From NCBI GenBank assembly GCA_963740315.1, contig CAVUDP010000002.1, positions 3,392,001 through 3,456,000 on the forward strand: 64,000 bases of DNA. Direction: 5' to 3'. The stretch comes from an uncultured cyanobacterium (GTDB lineage Bacteria > Cyanobacteriota > Cyanobacteriia > Cyanobacteriales > Nostocaceae). Position 1 is the first letter of the stretch. Each line of letters begins with the position of its first letter. The notes below the pieces were generated by a model. It was not told where the DNA came from. It worked only from the letters and a program-made list of their open reading frames with translations, and did not search any database. Position numbers and translations under genes: made by a program. Below, piece by piece: positions 18,758-29,360 of the stretch.

Positions 18758-20002
18758 ATGAATTTAAAAAATTTGAGGGAGCAATTTAATTTACCTCTCC
18801 AGTTTTGGATTGTTACCCTAGTTGCCTTTATCAATTCGGTTAGCTTTACGATAATTATTCCGCTACTTTATCCCTACGCGAAGCAGTTTGGACTAAATGA
18901 TTTTCAAGCAAGTTTGTTAACTACGGCTTATGCTTTACCTCAATTTATCGGTACGCCTATTTTAGGAAGACTTTCCGATCGCTTGGGAAGAAAACCTTTG
19001 TTAGTTGTAAGTTTGCTGGGAACGGTTTTATCCGGTATTGTTGCTGCGGTAACTCCCGTAGCTTGGTTGTTATATGTAGCGCGTGCGATCGATGGTTTTA
19101 CTGGTGGAAATACTTCTATTGCCAGTGCTGTAGTTAGCGATATTACAAATGTAGAGCAGCGGGCTAAAGCTTTCGGTATTTTTGGTGCTGTTTTCCGTTT
19201 GGGTTTTGTCGCAGGACCTGCATTAAGCTATGTAGCGCAGCAATTACCTACGGTTTGGGGCGTTTCTTCCTTGGGAATGAGTTTTCTTGTCGGTGCGGCT
19301 ATGGCTTTATTGGCAACTGTTATGACTATTTTTTTCTTACCCGAAACTTTACCTGCTTCTGACAAGCAGCGGTTTCATTTAAGTTTGAATGATTTTGGTT
19401 TTATCAGAATTTTCCAGTCTGCAACTCGTCCGAAATTAGGTAAACTTTTTGTTCTGACTTTTTTAAGTGGTTCCAGTTTTACGATTTTTACCTTTGCCTT
19501 TCAACCATTTGTGCTGGAAGTGCTAAATCAAGATGCCAAAACATTAGCAATTACATTTGCTGTTGTGGGCATGGTAGGATTTATCTCTCAAGTATTTGCA
19601 CTCGATCCACTTAGGAGAAAATTTAATTTAATTGATATTTTATCTTTATCATTATTCGCACGTGGAATCACCTTTTTATTGATTCCAACTTTCCCCTATC
19701 TAACTGCATTTTTTATCATTATTGCAATTTTTGGCTTCGTTAATTCTTTCCCAATGCCTTTAATAGATTCGATTTTGTCCTTGAATAGCACCCAACGGGA
19801 ACAAGGGGAAGTTTTAGGAATTAATGCATCTTATCTGAGTATTTCTAACGCCATCGGACCGCCAGTTTCAGGTTTGTTAGTAAGTTTTGGTTACAAAATT
19901 CCCTTCTGGATTACAGGCGTACTGACTATTCTTACAGCTTGCTTTGCTTTCACGCTCAAATCTGACTTTAAATGCGAAGGTAATAGGGGGAAGAGGGAAT
20001 AG
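18758..20002 (+). CDS. MFS transporter (TetA-like)
   Basis: Motif A GRLSDRLGRKP; 12 TM helices. Confidence 0.92.
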   Translation: MNLKNLREQFNLPLQFWIVTLVAFINSVSFTIIIPLLYPYAKQFGLNDFQASLLTTAYALPQFIGTPILGRLSDRLGRKPLLVVSLLGTVLSGIVAAVTPVAWLLYVARAIDGFTGGNTSIASAVVSDITNVEQRAKAFGIFGAVFRLGFVAGPALSYVAQQLPTVWGVSSLGMSFLVGAAMALLATVMTIFFLPETLPASDKQRFHLSLNDFGFIRIFQSATRPKLGKLFVLTFLSGSSFTIFTFAFQPFVLEVLNQDAKTLAITFAVVGMVGFISQVFALDPLRRKFNLIDILSLSLFARGITFLLIPTFPYLTAFFIIIAIFGFVNSFPMPLIDSILSLNSTQREQGEVLGINASYLSISNAIGPPVSGLLVSFGYKIPFWITGVLTILTACFAFTLKSDFKCEGNRGKRE

Positions 20003-20087
20003 GGGGGAGGGGGAAGAGGGGGAAGAGGGGGAAGAGGGGGAAGAATAAATTATCCTAACTGATAATCGATCGTTGATAATTGATAAT

Positions 20088-20363
20088 TTATTTCCTTACC
20101 TGCTTCAACATATCAATCAAAGTATGATGAGCATCTTCGGCATTTTCTAAAGTATGGTCAAATTTAATTCTCACGGGTACTTCTTCACCTTTTACCTGGG
20201 CTTGTAAATTCATTCCTTCAGCATCAATAGAAAGCATTTTTGCTGCTGTCGTATCGGTTAAATCGCCATAAGCCTTAGCATAAAGCGCCACCGCTTCGGC
20301 ATGATCTTCATTCATGTGCTTGCAGATGCGATCGCTAATTTGAGTAGAAAATTCCTCTGACAT
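20088..20363 (-). CDS. DUF2470 domain protein
   Basis: RICKHMNEDH motif. Confidence 0.85.
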   Translation of the reverse strand: MSEEFSTQISDRICKHMNEDHAEAVALYAKAYGDLTDTTAAKMLSIDAEGMNLQAQVKGEEVPVRIKFDHTLENAEDAHHTLIDMLKQVRK

Positions 20364-20784
20364 GACATACTCCCGATTAACTTTACCTTCTTTGAATTTT
20401 AAAGCTTAATGAGCTTATGTAGCACTTCTGAATGCGTGAGAATTAAGAAACCTCGTTTTTTGTTACAAACCGGGTTTCTAGGTAGCTTAGATTCCTACTA
20501 GATATATTTAAATAGATTTGATTTAATTATCGTACTCCTACTCAAGACAAAAAGTATTTTTAAAGACATAAATATTCAATTTGGGTAACTATACGGTTAC
20601 GGCTGTTTAGCAAAAATCAAGGCTCTTGACCATAAACAAGGCAAGCTTTGTAACATTTCCGTCTTTATTATTGGAATTGATTTAATTAAACTTATATCGG
20701 AACAATTTTTAACATTTTCTTACTGATTAGTAGTAGTTTCTACTGAATCAGAAATATAAAACAAATATATGAAAGTCCACACCC

Positions 20785-21549
20785 ATGAGTGCAACTAGCC
20801 ACCGTCGTATAGTTATTGGGGATGTGCATGGTCACTATCAAGGCTTGATGCAATTGTTAGAGGCGATCGCTCCGGTAAAAGAAGACAAAATTTATTTTCT
20901 CGGCGATTTAATAGACAGAGGTCCCCAAAGTTCTCAAGTAGTTAATTTTGTTAAAGAAAATTCCTATGCTTGCTTGTTGGGAAATCACGAGCATATGTTA
21001 ATCAAAATTCTTACAGATAAAAATCCTTCTACTCCCAGCCTACAAGGATGGCTTTACAGTGGCGGAAAAGCAACGCTAGCAAGCTATGAAGATGGTAGAA
21101 TACCCCCAGAACATCTTGAATGGTTCCAGAGTTTACCTTTATATCTAGATTTAGGAGACATCTTTTTAGTTCACGCAGGTATCGATCCTTCAAAAACCAT
21201 ACAAGAACAAGGTGCCGAACAATTTTGCTGGATTAGAGACGAATTTCACAGCATTCCTCAGCCTTATTTTTCAGATAAAGTGATTATCGTCGGTCATACC
21301 ATTACCTTTACCTTTCCTGGAATTCCAGCAGGTAAAATCGCTAGAGGTGCGGGTTGGCTTGATTTAGATACAGGTGCTTATCATCCCCATAGTGGTTGGT
21401 TGACAGCATTCGATGTCACAAATCGTCAAGTATATCAAGCCAACGTGTTTAAAAATAATGTCCGCACCTTACCTTTAGAAGAAGCATCGGCGAAAATAAA
21501 TATGACTTCACTCAAAGTTAATCGCAATAGCAGCAGATTATGGGCGTGA
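20785..21549 (+). CDS. PPP-family metallophosphoesterase (Ser/Thr phosphatase)
   Basis: GDVHG, GDLIDRG, GNHE, HAG, GHT and DTGA motifs. Confidence 0.93.
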   Translation: MSATSHRRIVIGDVHGHYQGLMQLLEAIAPVKEDKIYFLGDLIDRGPQSSQVVNFVKENSYACLLGNHEHMLIKILTDKNPSTPSLQGWLYSGGKATLASYEDGRIPPEHLEWFQSLPLYLDLGDIFLVHAGIDPSKTIQEQGAEQFCWIRDEFHSIPQPYFSDKVIIVGHTITFTFPGIPAGKIARGAGWLDLDTGAYHPHSGWLTAFDVTNRQVYQANVFKNNVRTLPLEEASAKINMTSLKVNRNSSRLWA

Positions 21550-21656
21550 AGGTTAAAGGTTAAAGGTTAAAGGTTAAAGGTTAAAGGTTAAAGGTCAAAG
21601 GTTAAAAAAAACTCCTAACTCCTCACTCCTCACTCTTAACTCCTAACTCTTAACCA

Positions 21657-22610
21657 TCACAATAAAGGTCGGATATTTCTCCGGTATGCAGTTGTGCTTA
21701 AGCCGTCATTACCTTTGTTAGGTTGCGCGTTAACCCAAGTTTGAAGATATTGCACGCGATTACTGGGTGAAGGGTGGGTACTTAAAAACGTAGGAACTCC
21801 ACTCCTGCTTTTGTTTTCCAACTTCCTCATAAAAGAAACCATCGCTTGAGGAGCATAACCAGAATCTCTCAGCAATTTTAATCCAAGCTCGTCTGCCTCT
21901 TTTTCGGCTCCACGGCTGTTGGGACGACGATAACCTAGTTCTACACCAAGCTGAACTAACTTACTGTTTTCTACGCCTGCTGCTGTTGCCAAACCATTAG
22001 CGATCGCGCTTTTCTTCATCTGTTCGATTACATGATCGCCTTCAATATGACCCATTTCATGAGCAATCACACTTGCTAATTCTGCTTCATTGTCAGCAGC
22101 TTTAATCAGACCAGTATTAATATAAACATATCCACCAGTAGTAGCAAAAGCATTTATGCTGTCATCTTTAACTACCTGAAATGTGTAGGGGATGTTCTTT
22201 CGAGTATTGTTGGCTTCTAAGCGCTTACCAATTCTTTTCATGTAATTATTTACTTGAGAATTGCTATAAAGTTTTATATCGCTACTGAGCAATTGCTGAT
22301 TTATTTGTCTACCAAGCTGAATCTCTTGCTTGTCTGATATATTGGAAAGTTGAATTATTTGGGCACCTTGAAACAGTATGTCCCATATAGAAATTCCCTG
22401 AGCCGGTAATGGTGTAGTAAAGCACACGCTAAGAGCTACTACTACAGAAATTAACGGATAAAAGAATTGTTTTCGTAAGGAACGGAAATTTAAATAAAAG
22501 TTTGTCTTTTCCATAATCGAATTCAAGGAGGATTTTAGAAGAACGTAAATTATGAGACGACTAATAGAAGAAGGAAGTTGCACATCTGGGTTGTTATCAA
22601 GTAATCTCAC
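21657..22610 (-). CDS. M48 family metallopeptidase (true start probably near 22514)
   Basis: INAFA, HEMGH zinc motif, EKEAD, FLSTHP. Confidence 0.92.
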   Translation of the reverse strand: MRLLDNNPDVQLPSSISRLIIYVLLKSSLNSIMEKTNFYLNFRSLRKQFFYPLISVVVALSVCFTTPLPAQGISIWDILFQGAQIIQLSNISDKQEIQLGRQINQQLLSSDIKLYSNSQVNNYMKRIGKRLEANNTRKNIPYTFQVVKDDSINAFATTGGYVYINTGLIKAADNEAELASVIAHEMGHIEGDHVIEQMKKSAIANGLATAAGVENSKLVQLGVELGYRRPNSRGAEKEADELGLKLLRDSGYAPQAMVSFMRKLENKSRSGVPTFLSTHPSPSNRVQYLQTWVNAQPNKGNDGLSTTAYRRNIRPLL

Positions 22611-22849
22611 AATCGGTTATGCATCTCGCTTGACTAAATAGTAGATTTGCTGTTAAACATGGCAACTAATTACGGATTATTTCATCAAAGCTATGAAAAG
22701 CAGTATTAGCAATAAACCGTCCTATAACTAGATGAAGGAAATATAGTGCTATTTCATGCTTCATCTCACATATGATTAACTTCTACTTCAGTACTTCCGT
22801 TTTCTGTGTTATCAATCCTCTATTCTTCTATAAATAGGAAAAATTTGTT

Positions 22850-23392
22850 ATGGCTGTATTAGACTCCAAAGGTCGCTTATTTGGTAAATTCAATATTCTA
22901 GATATCGGTGCTTTACTAGTAATTTTGCTAGTAATCGGAGGTATATTTTTATTTCCCGGCACTACTGGTTCTATTGCTCAAGTAAATACCACAACGAAAC
23001 CCATCGAAGTTGATTTGGTTGTTCGCGGATTAAAAGTACGCGATATAGATAGATTATCCGAAAAAGGATTTAGAGAAAAAGGTGAAACAAAAATCATCAT
23101 CCGCAATCAACCCTACGGTACAATTCCGATTAAATCGATTCAAGTACTACCTGAAGAAATTATCGTTACACAACCCGATGGTACCGTTAAATTAGTCCCA
23201 GATCCTAGAGAAAATGTCTTTAGTAGAGATATGCTTTTGACTTTAGCAGGTAAAGCAACAATTACTGATGACGGACCTGTTTTAGGTAACAGCAAAATAA
23301 AAATTGGGATGCCGTTGGAATTAGAAGGATTTAATTACAACTTTAGAGGCAGCGTGATCGATATCAGAACTGGAGAAGATATTAAAGGTTAA
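22850..23392 (+). CDS. DUF4330 family protein
   Basis: LDSKGRLFGKFNILD N-terminus, TM helix, KIKIGMPLELEG. Confidence 0.85.
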   Translation: MAVLDSKGRLFGKFNILDIGALLVILLVIGGIFLFPGTTGSIAQVNTTTKPIEVDLVVRGLKVRDIDRLSEKGFREKGETKIIIRNQPYGTIPIKSIQVLPEEIIVTQPDGTVKLVPDPRENVFSRDMLLTLAGKATITDDGPVLGNSKIKIGMPLELEGFNYNFRGSVIDIRTGEDIKG

Positions 23393-23567
23393 AGAAAGGT
23401 CAAAGGTTAAAGGTTAAAGGTTAAAGGTAAATATTAGATACTTCAGTTTTAATCTTTCCTTTACTTATGCAAATTTAATTAAGGTTTTAGTTTGAGTTTG
23501 TAATAGTCCCCCGTTTGTAGCGAGGGGATTATTTTTTTAGGTTTTTATGGTGGATATTCTTTATTCA

Positions 23568-23700
23568 CTAATTTCGAGCTTGTAATTGGGTTTGTAATTG
23601 CTGCACTCTTTCTACCGTTAACCCGGTAATTTTTACAACCATTTCTACTGTTAAACCCTCACGCAATGAATTAAGCGCTACTTCATAAAGATGCTTGTTG
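23568..23700 (-). pseudogene. C-terminal fragment of Rpn/PD-(D/E)XK-family protein
   Basis: EVALNSLREGLTVEMVVKITGLTVERVQQL resembles the Rpn C-terminal tail; no nuclease domain upstream. Confidence 0.55.
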
Positions 23701-23764
23701 GGCACCTTTTCGTTCCCAGCTGGTAGTGATTTCCATATATTCCTCCCTTTGGTGTTATACAAAT

Positions 23765-24859
23765 ATGAACCCATCTCAATTTAATCGCATCAAGAAGCAA
23801 ATATGGCAACCAAACTTAATAGTGCTACCTATCCCCGAACGGCAATCTTCTATCAAACATTGTGTAGATATAGGAGTCTCTTTTGATAACAATTATTGGG
23901 TTTCCCGTAACTTAAACCTCGATCGCACCTTGTTTCCAGAACTAACAGCATCAAATGGGTTACAACCACTTTTAGCTATAAATAAACCAAGTACTCACGT
24001 TAAAACTAACTGGTTTGCTAAAAACTATTCAAAAATTACTCGCTTTTTTGGCGCGGAAGATGATGATTTAGTTCCAGCTAGAGACGCTATAGGCATTTCT
24101 ATAACCGCGAAAATATTTTGGGAAAACAATATACTCAAATTAGATTTTTATCTTTATGCATTATATTCTAATCCCAAACCTTATTGTTCAATTCAGAATC
24201 TTACCGCAGGAAAATATCGGCTTCGATTTAATTATTTACCTGCTGCAAAAATCTTTAATTTTAATCGAAAATCCCGTCCGATAAAAACTACCTATCAAAA
24301 CTTTTATTTAGTTAAACCCGTTGAAACAAATCCTAATGCAGTAGAAATAGATGGAATTCAGTTTGAAATTGTAGCGCCAGAATCTGTAATCATCCCAGAG
24401 AAGGAACTTGATATAGAAACTGCGGTTGCTGTCGGTATGAAAATTACTAATAAGACTCAAACAGCTTTCCGCTTTGACTTTTATAGCACTTTAACTCCTC
24501 AAATGATTAAAGCAGATGGTCAAGCAATACGTAAAGGATTTGGCTCGCATCAACTTCGAGCAGGTACAGAATCCGACTATCCCTTAGCCATGCCGGGGGA
24601 ATCCATAACTTTCTCTCCGAATCCAAAACTTTTTTGGTTTAAAGATCGACAATTAACTCTAAAAATGGATATTGGATGTGGAGGTTTTTATTATTTTCAC
24701 GATCTGCAACCGGGTGAATATCTGATTCGCTTTGTATACAGTAAACGCAATCGTTTTCTAAAAATGCGCGATCGCAAATCGAACTACATAAAACCATTGC
24801 AATGGCTCGAACGAACTATTGTTGCGACACCATATGTAAAGCTCTATTTGTCTTGCTAA
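23765..24859 (+). CDS. Hypothetical protein with an internally duplicated beta-rich domain
   Basis: Halves share motifs: LFPEL/LTPQM, AKIFW/PKLFW, NLTAGKYRLRFNY/DLQPGEYLIRFVY. Confidence 0.7.
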   Translation: MNPSQFNRIKKQIWQPNLIVLPIPERQSSIKHCVDIGVSFDNNYWVSRNLNLDRTLFPELTASNGLQPLLAINKPSTHVKTNWFAKNYSKITRFFGAEDDDLVPARDAIGISITAKIFWENNILKLDFYLYALYSNPKPYCSIQNLTAGKYRLRFNYLPAAKIFNFNRKSRPIKTTYQNFYLVKPVETNPNAVEIDGIQFEIVAPESVIIPEKELDIETAVAVGMKITNKTQTAFRFDFYSTLTPQMIKADGQAIRKGFGSHQLRAGTESDYPLAMPGESITFSPNPKLFWFKDRQLTLKMDIGCGGFYYFHDLQPGEYLIRFVYSKRNRFLKMRDRKSNYIKPLQWLERTIVATPYVKLYLSC

Positions 24860-24887
24860 AAGATACAATTGTGTTAAAACATTTACC

Positions 24888-26768
24888 ATGAATTTTATCA
24901 AAACTATTACCTGCTGCCTGCTTCTTCTTTCTCTAGGTTGCGATCGCGCTCCTGCCAAAAACGAATCAAGGCTGCAATTACAAACCAAACCTTCTCAAAA
25001 ACCTTTACAAAAAGTATCAACATCAAACGAATGGACACCGCAAATGGAAGCGGAATTTAAACAGCGAGCAAAACAAGTAATTACAAAGCTCGCGGGTAAT
25101 AAATATGGAACCACTGCTTTTGAAAGCGAAAAACGTTCTTATCCTAAAGCAATGATTGATTTTCTAGCAGGAAATCGCGAAAGTTCTATTGCTTTTCTTG
25201 AAGCTGAGGATGCAGACGCTAAAAGTCATTCCCACACTTTAGGAATTGATTTCTATTCCAGTTTTACTCTGAAAGGACAAGTTCGTAAATATTTCTACTT
25301 TGGTAAATATCTCTCGCCAGCATATCGGCAGCGAATGAAACAAGCGATGCAACTTCTCACAGCAGAAGATCCGTTAAAGCGTCGTTTTCCCAACCGTAGG
25401 CAATTTTGGGCGAAGTCAACCGATAATTGCGATAGTTGGGTGGATTGTCGCAACACCGATAATTTAAAAGCAATGCGGAATAGTGCTGTATATTTGTTCG
25501 CCGAAGAAACGGGAAACGAAGCAACGCGACAAATTTACAAGCAACGCATCCAGCGAAATATCAGCACTTTGTATCAAATCGGACAAGGTGAATGGGATTC
25601 GGAAAACTACCTCGGACATACCATTACCGCCTATCTAAATCTTTATGACTTTGCTAAAGATGAAGAAGTAAAATCCCTTGCCAAAGCTGGATTAGATTGG
25701 CTTTTGGCTTCCGGCGCGTTGAAATATTGGCGGGGTGGATTCGGCGGTCCAAGTAAGCGCGACTACAGTAACGGTAATTGCGTTTGGTGTGCGTTGGCAA
25801 CTCATGAATTGGGACTGTATTTTAATGATTCACCGATTGAAGACCCCAAACCTGCCCCTGATTCAGTCCATGTAATTACCAGCAGCTATCGTCCCGATCC
25901 GGCGATCGTCGCTTTGGCAAAAAAGCAGTTTAATAAACCAGTAGAATTGCTGAACTCAAAACCAACTTATGAAAATTGGAAACCAGGTAATGATACTGCA
26001 CCGCAATTTCATGAAACCTTGTATTTCGGTAATAGTTTCCAATTAGGTACTTTAGCTCAAGGTTCTGATGGTGACTGGAATGGTTTCAAGTTGATGGCGT
26101 TTAGTTCTCAACGCGGTGTTGATTATTTTATTGCAGCGACGGGTACTGAATCTAATAAAATTTCTACATCAACTGTAGGTGGTGACAACATCGCACAATA
26201 CCGCAACTTGGTAATCTTCCTTAACGATAAACAAGAAGTACCTTTTCAATTCTTTTTACCAAATACTGCCAAGATAGAAACTAAAAATAACGTTACTTTC
26301 ATTCGCTACGAAAAAACATGGTTGGCTTTAACACCGATAAATTTGAATATTGAGGGAATTAACGCTGCAAAAACTGACAAAATTAGTAAAAACTATCCCC
26401 AAGACCAAATTTTAACTGCAACTGGTACGGGAAATAGTTACAGTGGATTCGCTTTAGAAACGGGTGAAAAGCAAACTCACGGTAATTTTGTGCAGTTTAA
26501 AAAGTCGATACTTGCTAATTCTCGTTTAGATATAAATCAAATTAACAATGGTGTAGTTGAATATCAAGGTGTTATGGGAAAAGTGAAATTGCAACACCAA
26601 TCTTTATTACCCAAGGTTTGGCGAAATGGTAATTTACACGATTGGAAAAATCACTTCGCCATTTACCAAAACGCCGCAGCAGAAAAAACGCCTATCTATC
26701 AAGGTTGGAAAACAGGCGAAATTCAAATAGAAGCAGGCGGTTATAGATTTACTAGCAAGCTTAAATAA
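24888..26768 (+). CDS. Large hypothetical lipoprotein (possibly polysaccharide lyase-like fold)
   Basis: Lipobox LSLGC; helical N-half rich in W/Y, beta-rich C-half; fold assignment is a guess. Confidence 0.65.
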   Translation: MNFIKTITCCLLLLSLGCDRAPAKNESRLQLQTKPSQKPLQKVSTSNEWTPQMEAEFKQRAKQVITKLAGNKYGTTAFESEKRSYPKAMIDFLAGNRESSIAFLEAEDADAKSHSHTLGIDFYSSFTLKGQVRKYFYFGKYLSPAYRQRMKQAMQLLTAEDPLKRRFPNRRQFWAKSTDNCDSWVDCRNTDNLKAMRNSAVYLFAEETGNEATRQIYKQRIQRNISTLYQIGQGEWDSENYLGHTITAYLNLYDFAKDEEVKSLAKAGLDWLLASGALKYWRGGFGGPSKRDYSNGNCVWCALATHELGLYFNDSPIEDPKPAPDSVHVITSSYRPDPAIVALAKKQFNKPVELLNSKPTYENWKPGNDTAPQFHETLYFGNSFQLGTLAQGSDGDWNGFKLMAFSSQRGVDYFIAATGTESNKISTSTVGGDNIAQYRNLVIFLNDKQEVPFQFFLPNTAKIETKNNVTFIRYEKTWLALTPINLNIEGINAAKTDKISKNYPQDQILTATGTGNSYSGFALETGEKQTHGNFVQFKKSILANSRLDINQINNGVVEYQGVMGKVKLQHQSLLPKVWRNGNLHDWKNHFAIYQNAAAEKTPIYQGWKTGEIQIEAGGYRFTSKLK

Positions 26769-27352
26769 AGGTATAAATTTACCGGGCAAAAACTATAAAT
26801 TTGGATTTGTATTTATTTGCTATTTCTCTAACTTAAGATGGTAGCAATAAGTTTAATTACTTTGGTTTTTGTGGATAAAAAATACATTGTTTTTTATTGC
26901 ACAATGTCATCTAATTTATATCTGAGCGAATCAATTGTTTTTCTGAGTACAAAGACTAATTATTATAGCGAAATTTAACTGCATCCTAACCAAAAAATGT
27001 TGATGTTTAATATTTTCGTATGTTAACTTGTAAGTGTGAACTAGTTATCAAAAGGTAGCATTTACGACGAAATAAAAAGGGTGTTAATAGAGATGCATGA
27101 AATTGATAAAGCACCAAGTATATCTTACTAGTTATTAATCCTTGCACCCTTAAATAGCACAGAATAATCATAGGGTTTGGTTACACAAAAGTCAACACAA
27201 TTATTGTTCCTTATTTACTCAAAATAATTATTCTGTTCAAGGTCAAGGTAATAGAAACCTCAAGGCTTTGACTAAATACTAAGTCCAAGACTGCTGCGAG
27301 ATCATCGAATGCGAGCTAATTTACGCTTACACCTAACTACGAGATTTTCTCA

Positions 27353-27775
27353 ATGCTGCCATTTGAATTTGTAGTAATTGGTAAACCAGTTTCTCACCAA
27401 GCAAAAGAACGCAAGCGCGTGAATATTTGGAAACAAAAAGTTCGTGAAACTGCCGAATCTTATTGGAAACAAAATACTCCTTTAGGAGATTATGTCCAAG
27501 TTATTATTACGCATTATTATGATGCAGATCCTACTGGCGATGAATCATCCGTTCCAGATAACGATAATATAGTAAAGCCGATCAGGGATGCTTTAAACGG
27601 TTTGATTTATGTTGATGACTATCAGATTACTGATTTCATCAGCCGTCGTCGCAATCTAAATGGTTCTTTCAGAATTAAAGGTATTTCTCCAGCTTTAGCG
27701 GAAGGATTTTCCAAAGGTGAAGAATTTTTGCACATTAAAGTTGAAGCTGCACCAGATCCCGGAGATTTATCTTAA
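27353..27775 (+). CDS. RusA-family endonuclease-like protein
   Basis: GKPVS, PDNDNIVKPIRDALNGLIYVDDYQI motif. Confidence 0.8.
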   Translation: MLPFEFVVIGKPVSHQAKERKRVNIWKQKVRETAESYWKQNTPLGDYVQVIITHYYDADPTGDESSVPDNDNIVKPIRDALNGLIYVDDYQITDFISRRRNLNGSFRIKGISPALAEGFSKGEEFLHIKVEAAPDPGDLS

Positions 27776-27822
27776 TAGAAGTAATCTACGATCGCACCTA
27801 CCTGATGTGAGTATATATAACT

Positions 27823-28080
27823 GTCAGCAACTCAGGTCTAAAGAGACTGAGCTTCAGGCATAGTCCTGAAACTCTTAGCTGACCAGACTTAGGTTTCTAC
27901 GTTTAAAATAAGTGAAGACCGTTCATACCTTAGAATGCGTGCTAGTTCTAAGCTCTATAACTGGAAAATTAAACAGGTGTAACGCCAGTTTTGCCAGTGT
28001 TTTTCAGATATGCCGATTTTAAACATTGTCGTTCGCGCAGCGTGTCCTCTTAGGACAAGCATACATCACCATTGAGGCAT
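27823..28080 (+). ncRNA. IscB omegaRNA (HEARO-like) scaffold
   Basis: TTAGCTGACCAGACT, CTACGTT, ACCTTAGAATGCGTGCTAGTTCTAAGCTCT, TTAAACAG and AACATTGTCG motifs directly upstream of iscB. Confidence 0.8.
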
Positions 28081-28085
28081 TAAAA

Positions 28086-29360
28086 ATGCAAAACTACGTT
28101 TTTCTTATTGATACAAACAAACAACCGCTTAACCCGATTAAGCCTAAACAAGCTAGAAGATTATTGAATTTAGGTAAAGCTGCTGTATGGCGAATGTATC
28201 CTTTTACATTAATTCTAAAAACAGTAATTGATAACCCAATAATCAAACCATTAACTCTTAAAATCGATCCCGGTTCTAAGTTTACAGGCATTGCATTGCT
28301 TGACGGTAATAACGTTGTTTGGGGTGCAGAATTAGATCATCGTGGTAGTCAGATAAAAGATGCGTTATTATCACGTAGACAGTTAAGACGCGGAAGACGT
28401 ACCCGTAAAACACGTTACAGAGTTGCAAGATTTGATAATAGAAAACGCCCTAAAGGTTGGCTAGCACTAAGTTTATTACATCGTGTTTTAACTACAGAAA
28501 CATGGGTTAAAAAGCTAATACGTTATTCACCAATTACCGAATTATGGGTTGAAAAAGTCAGATTTGATATGCAGAAAATGCAAAATCCCGAAGTAACGGG
28601 TGTTGAATATACTCTTGGGGAATTGCAAGGTTACGAAGTACGCGAATACTTACTTGAAAAATGGGGTAGAGAATGTTCATACTGTGGTAAAAAAGATGTA
28701 CCGTTACAGATTGAACATATTAAACCATTATCTAAAGGGGGTAGTAATAGCGTAAGTAATTTATGTTTAGCGTGCGAAAAGTGCAATCAAAAAAAAGGTA
28801 ATAAACCTGTAGAAGACTTTTTAAAAGGTAAACCTGCGTTATTAAAGAAAATTAAAGCAAAATGTAAGCAATCATTACGTGACGCGGCTGCCGTAAATTC
28901 CACTAGAAATAAGTTAGTAGTTGTTTTAGAAAAGTTATTGCCAGTTAAAACAGCTAGCGGTGGTCAAACAAAATTTAATAGAGTTAGGTTTGAGTTACCC
29001 AAAAAACATTGGATTGACGCGGCTTGTGTTGGTGACATAGATAGTATTGTTTTAAAAACTAATCAACCATTATTAATAAAGTGTAATGGTTGGGGAACTC
29101 GTCAAATGTGCAGAACCGACAAATACGGTTTTCCTAATCGATATGTTCCTAGAAATAAGTTTGTAAGAGGTTTTCAAACTGGTGATATTGTAAAAGCCGT
29201 TGTCACTACAGGTAAAAAAATTGGCGAATATTTAGGAAGAATAGCAACCCGCTCAACGGGGTCATTCAACATATCAACTCGTGAAAAACTTATACAGGGT
29301 ATTTCATATAAACACTGTAAAGTTATTCACAAAAAAGACGGATACTCTTACTCGTTCTAA
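28086..29360 (+). CDS. iscB: RNA-guided endonuclease IscB (424 aa)
   Basis: PLNP (PLMP-like) motif, RuvC-I IDPGSK, RRxRR bridge helix, RuvC-II VEKVRFD, HNH (CSYC..IEHIKP..N..CEKCN), RuvC-III HWIDAA; GAGG RBS before ATG 28086. Confidence 0.93.
   Translation: MQNYVFLIDTNKQPLNPIKPKQARRLLNLGKAAVWRMYPFTLILKTVIDNPIIKPLTLKIDPGSKFTGIALLDGNNVVWGAELDHRGSQIKDALLSRRQLRRGRRTRKTRYRVARFDNRKRPKGWLALSLLHRVLTTETWVKKLIRYSPITELWVEKVRFDMQKMQNPEVTGVEYTLGELQGYEVREYLLEKWGRECSYCGKKDVPLQIEHIKPLSKGGSNSVSNLCLACEKCNQKKGNKPVEDFLKGKPALLKKIKAKCKQSLRDAAAVNSTRNKLVVVLEKLLPVKTASGGQTKFNRVRFELPKKHWIDAACVGDIDSIVLKTNQPLLIKCNGWGTRQMCRTDKYGFPNRYVPRNKFVRGFQTGDIVKAVVTTGKKIGEYLGRIATRSTGSFNISTREKLIQGISYKHCKVIHKKDGYSYSF

Noticed and set aside
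28026..28085. TTG-start extension of iscB
   Set aside because: It lies in the omegaRNA and includes the mini-insert; the ATG at 28086 has an RBS and the typical N-terminus.
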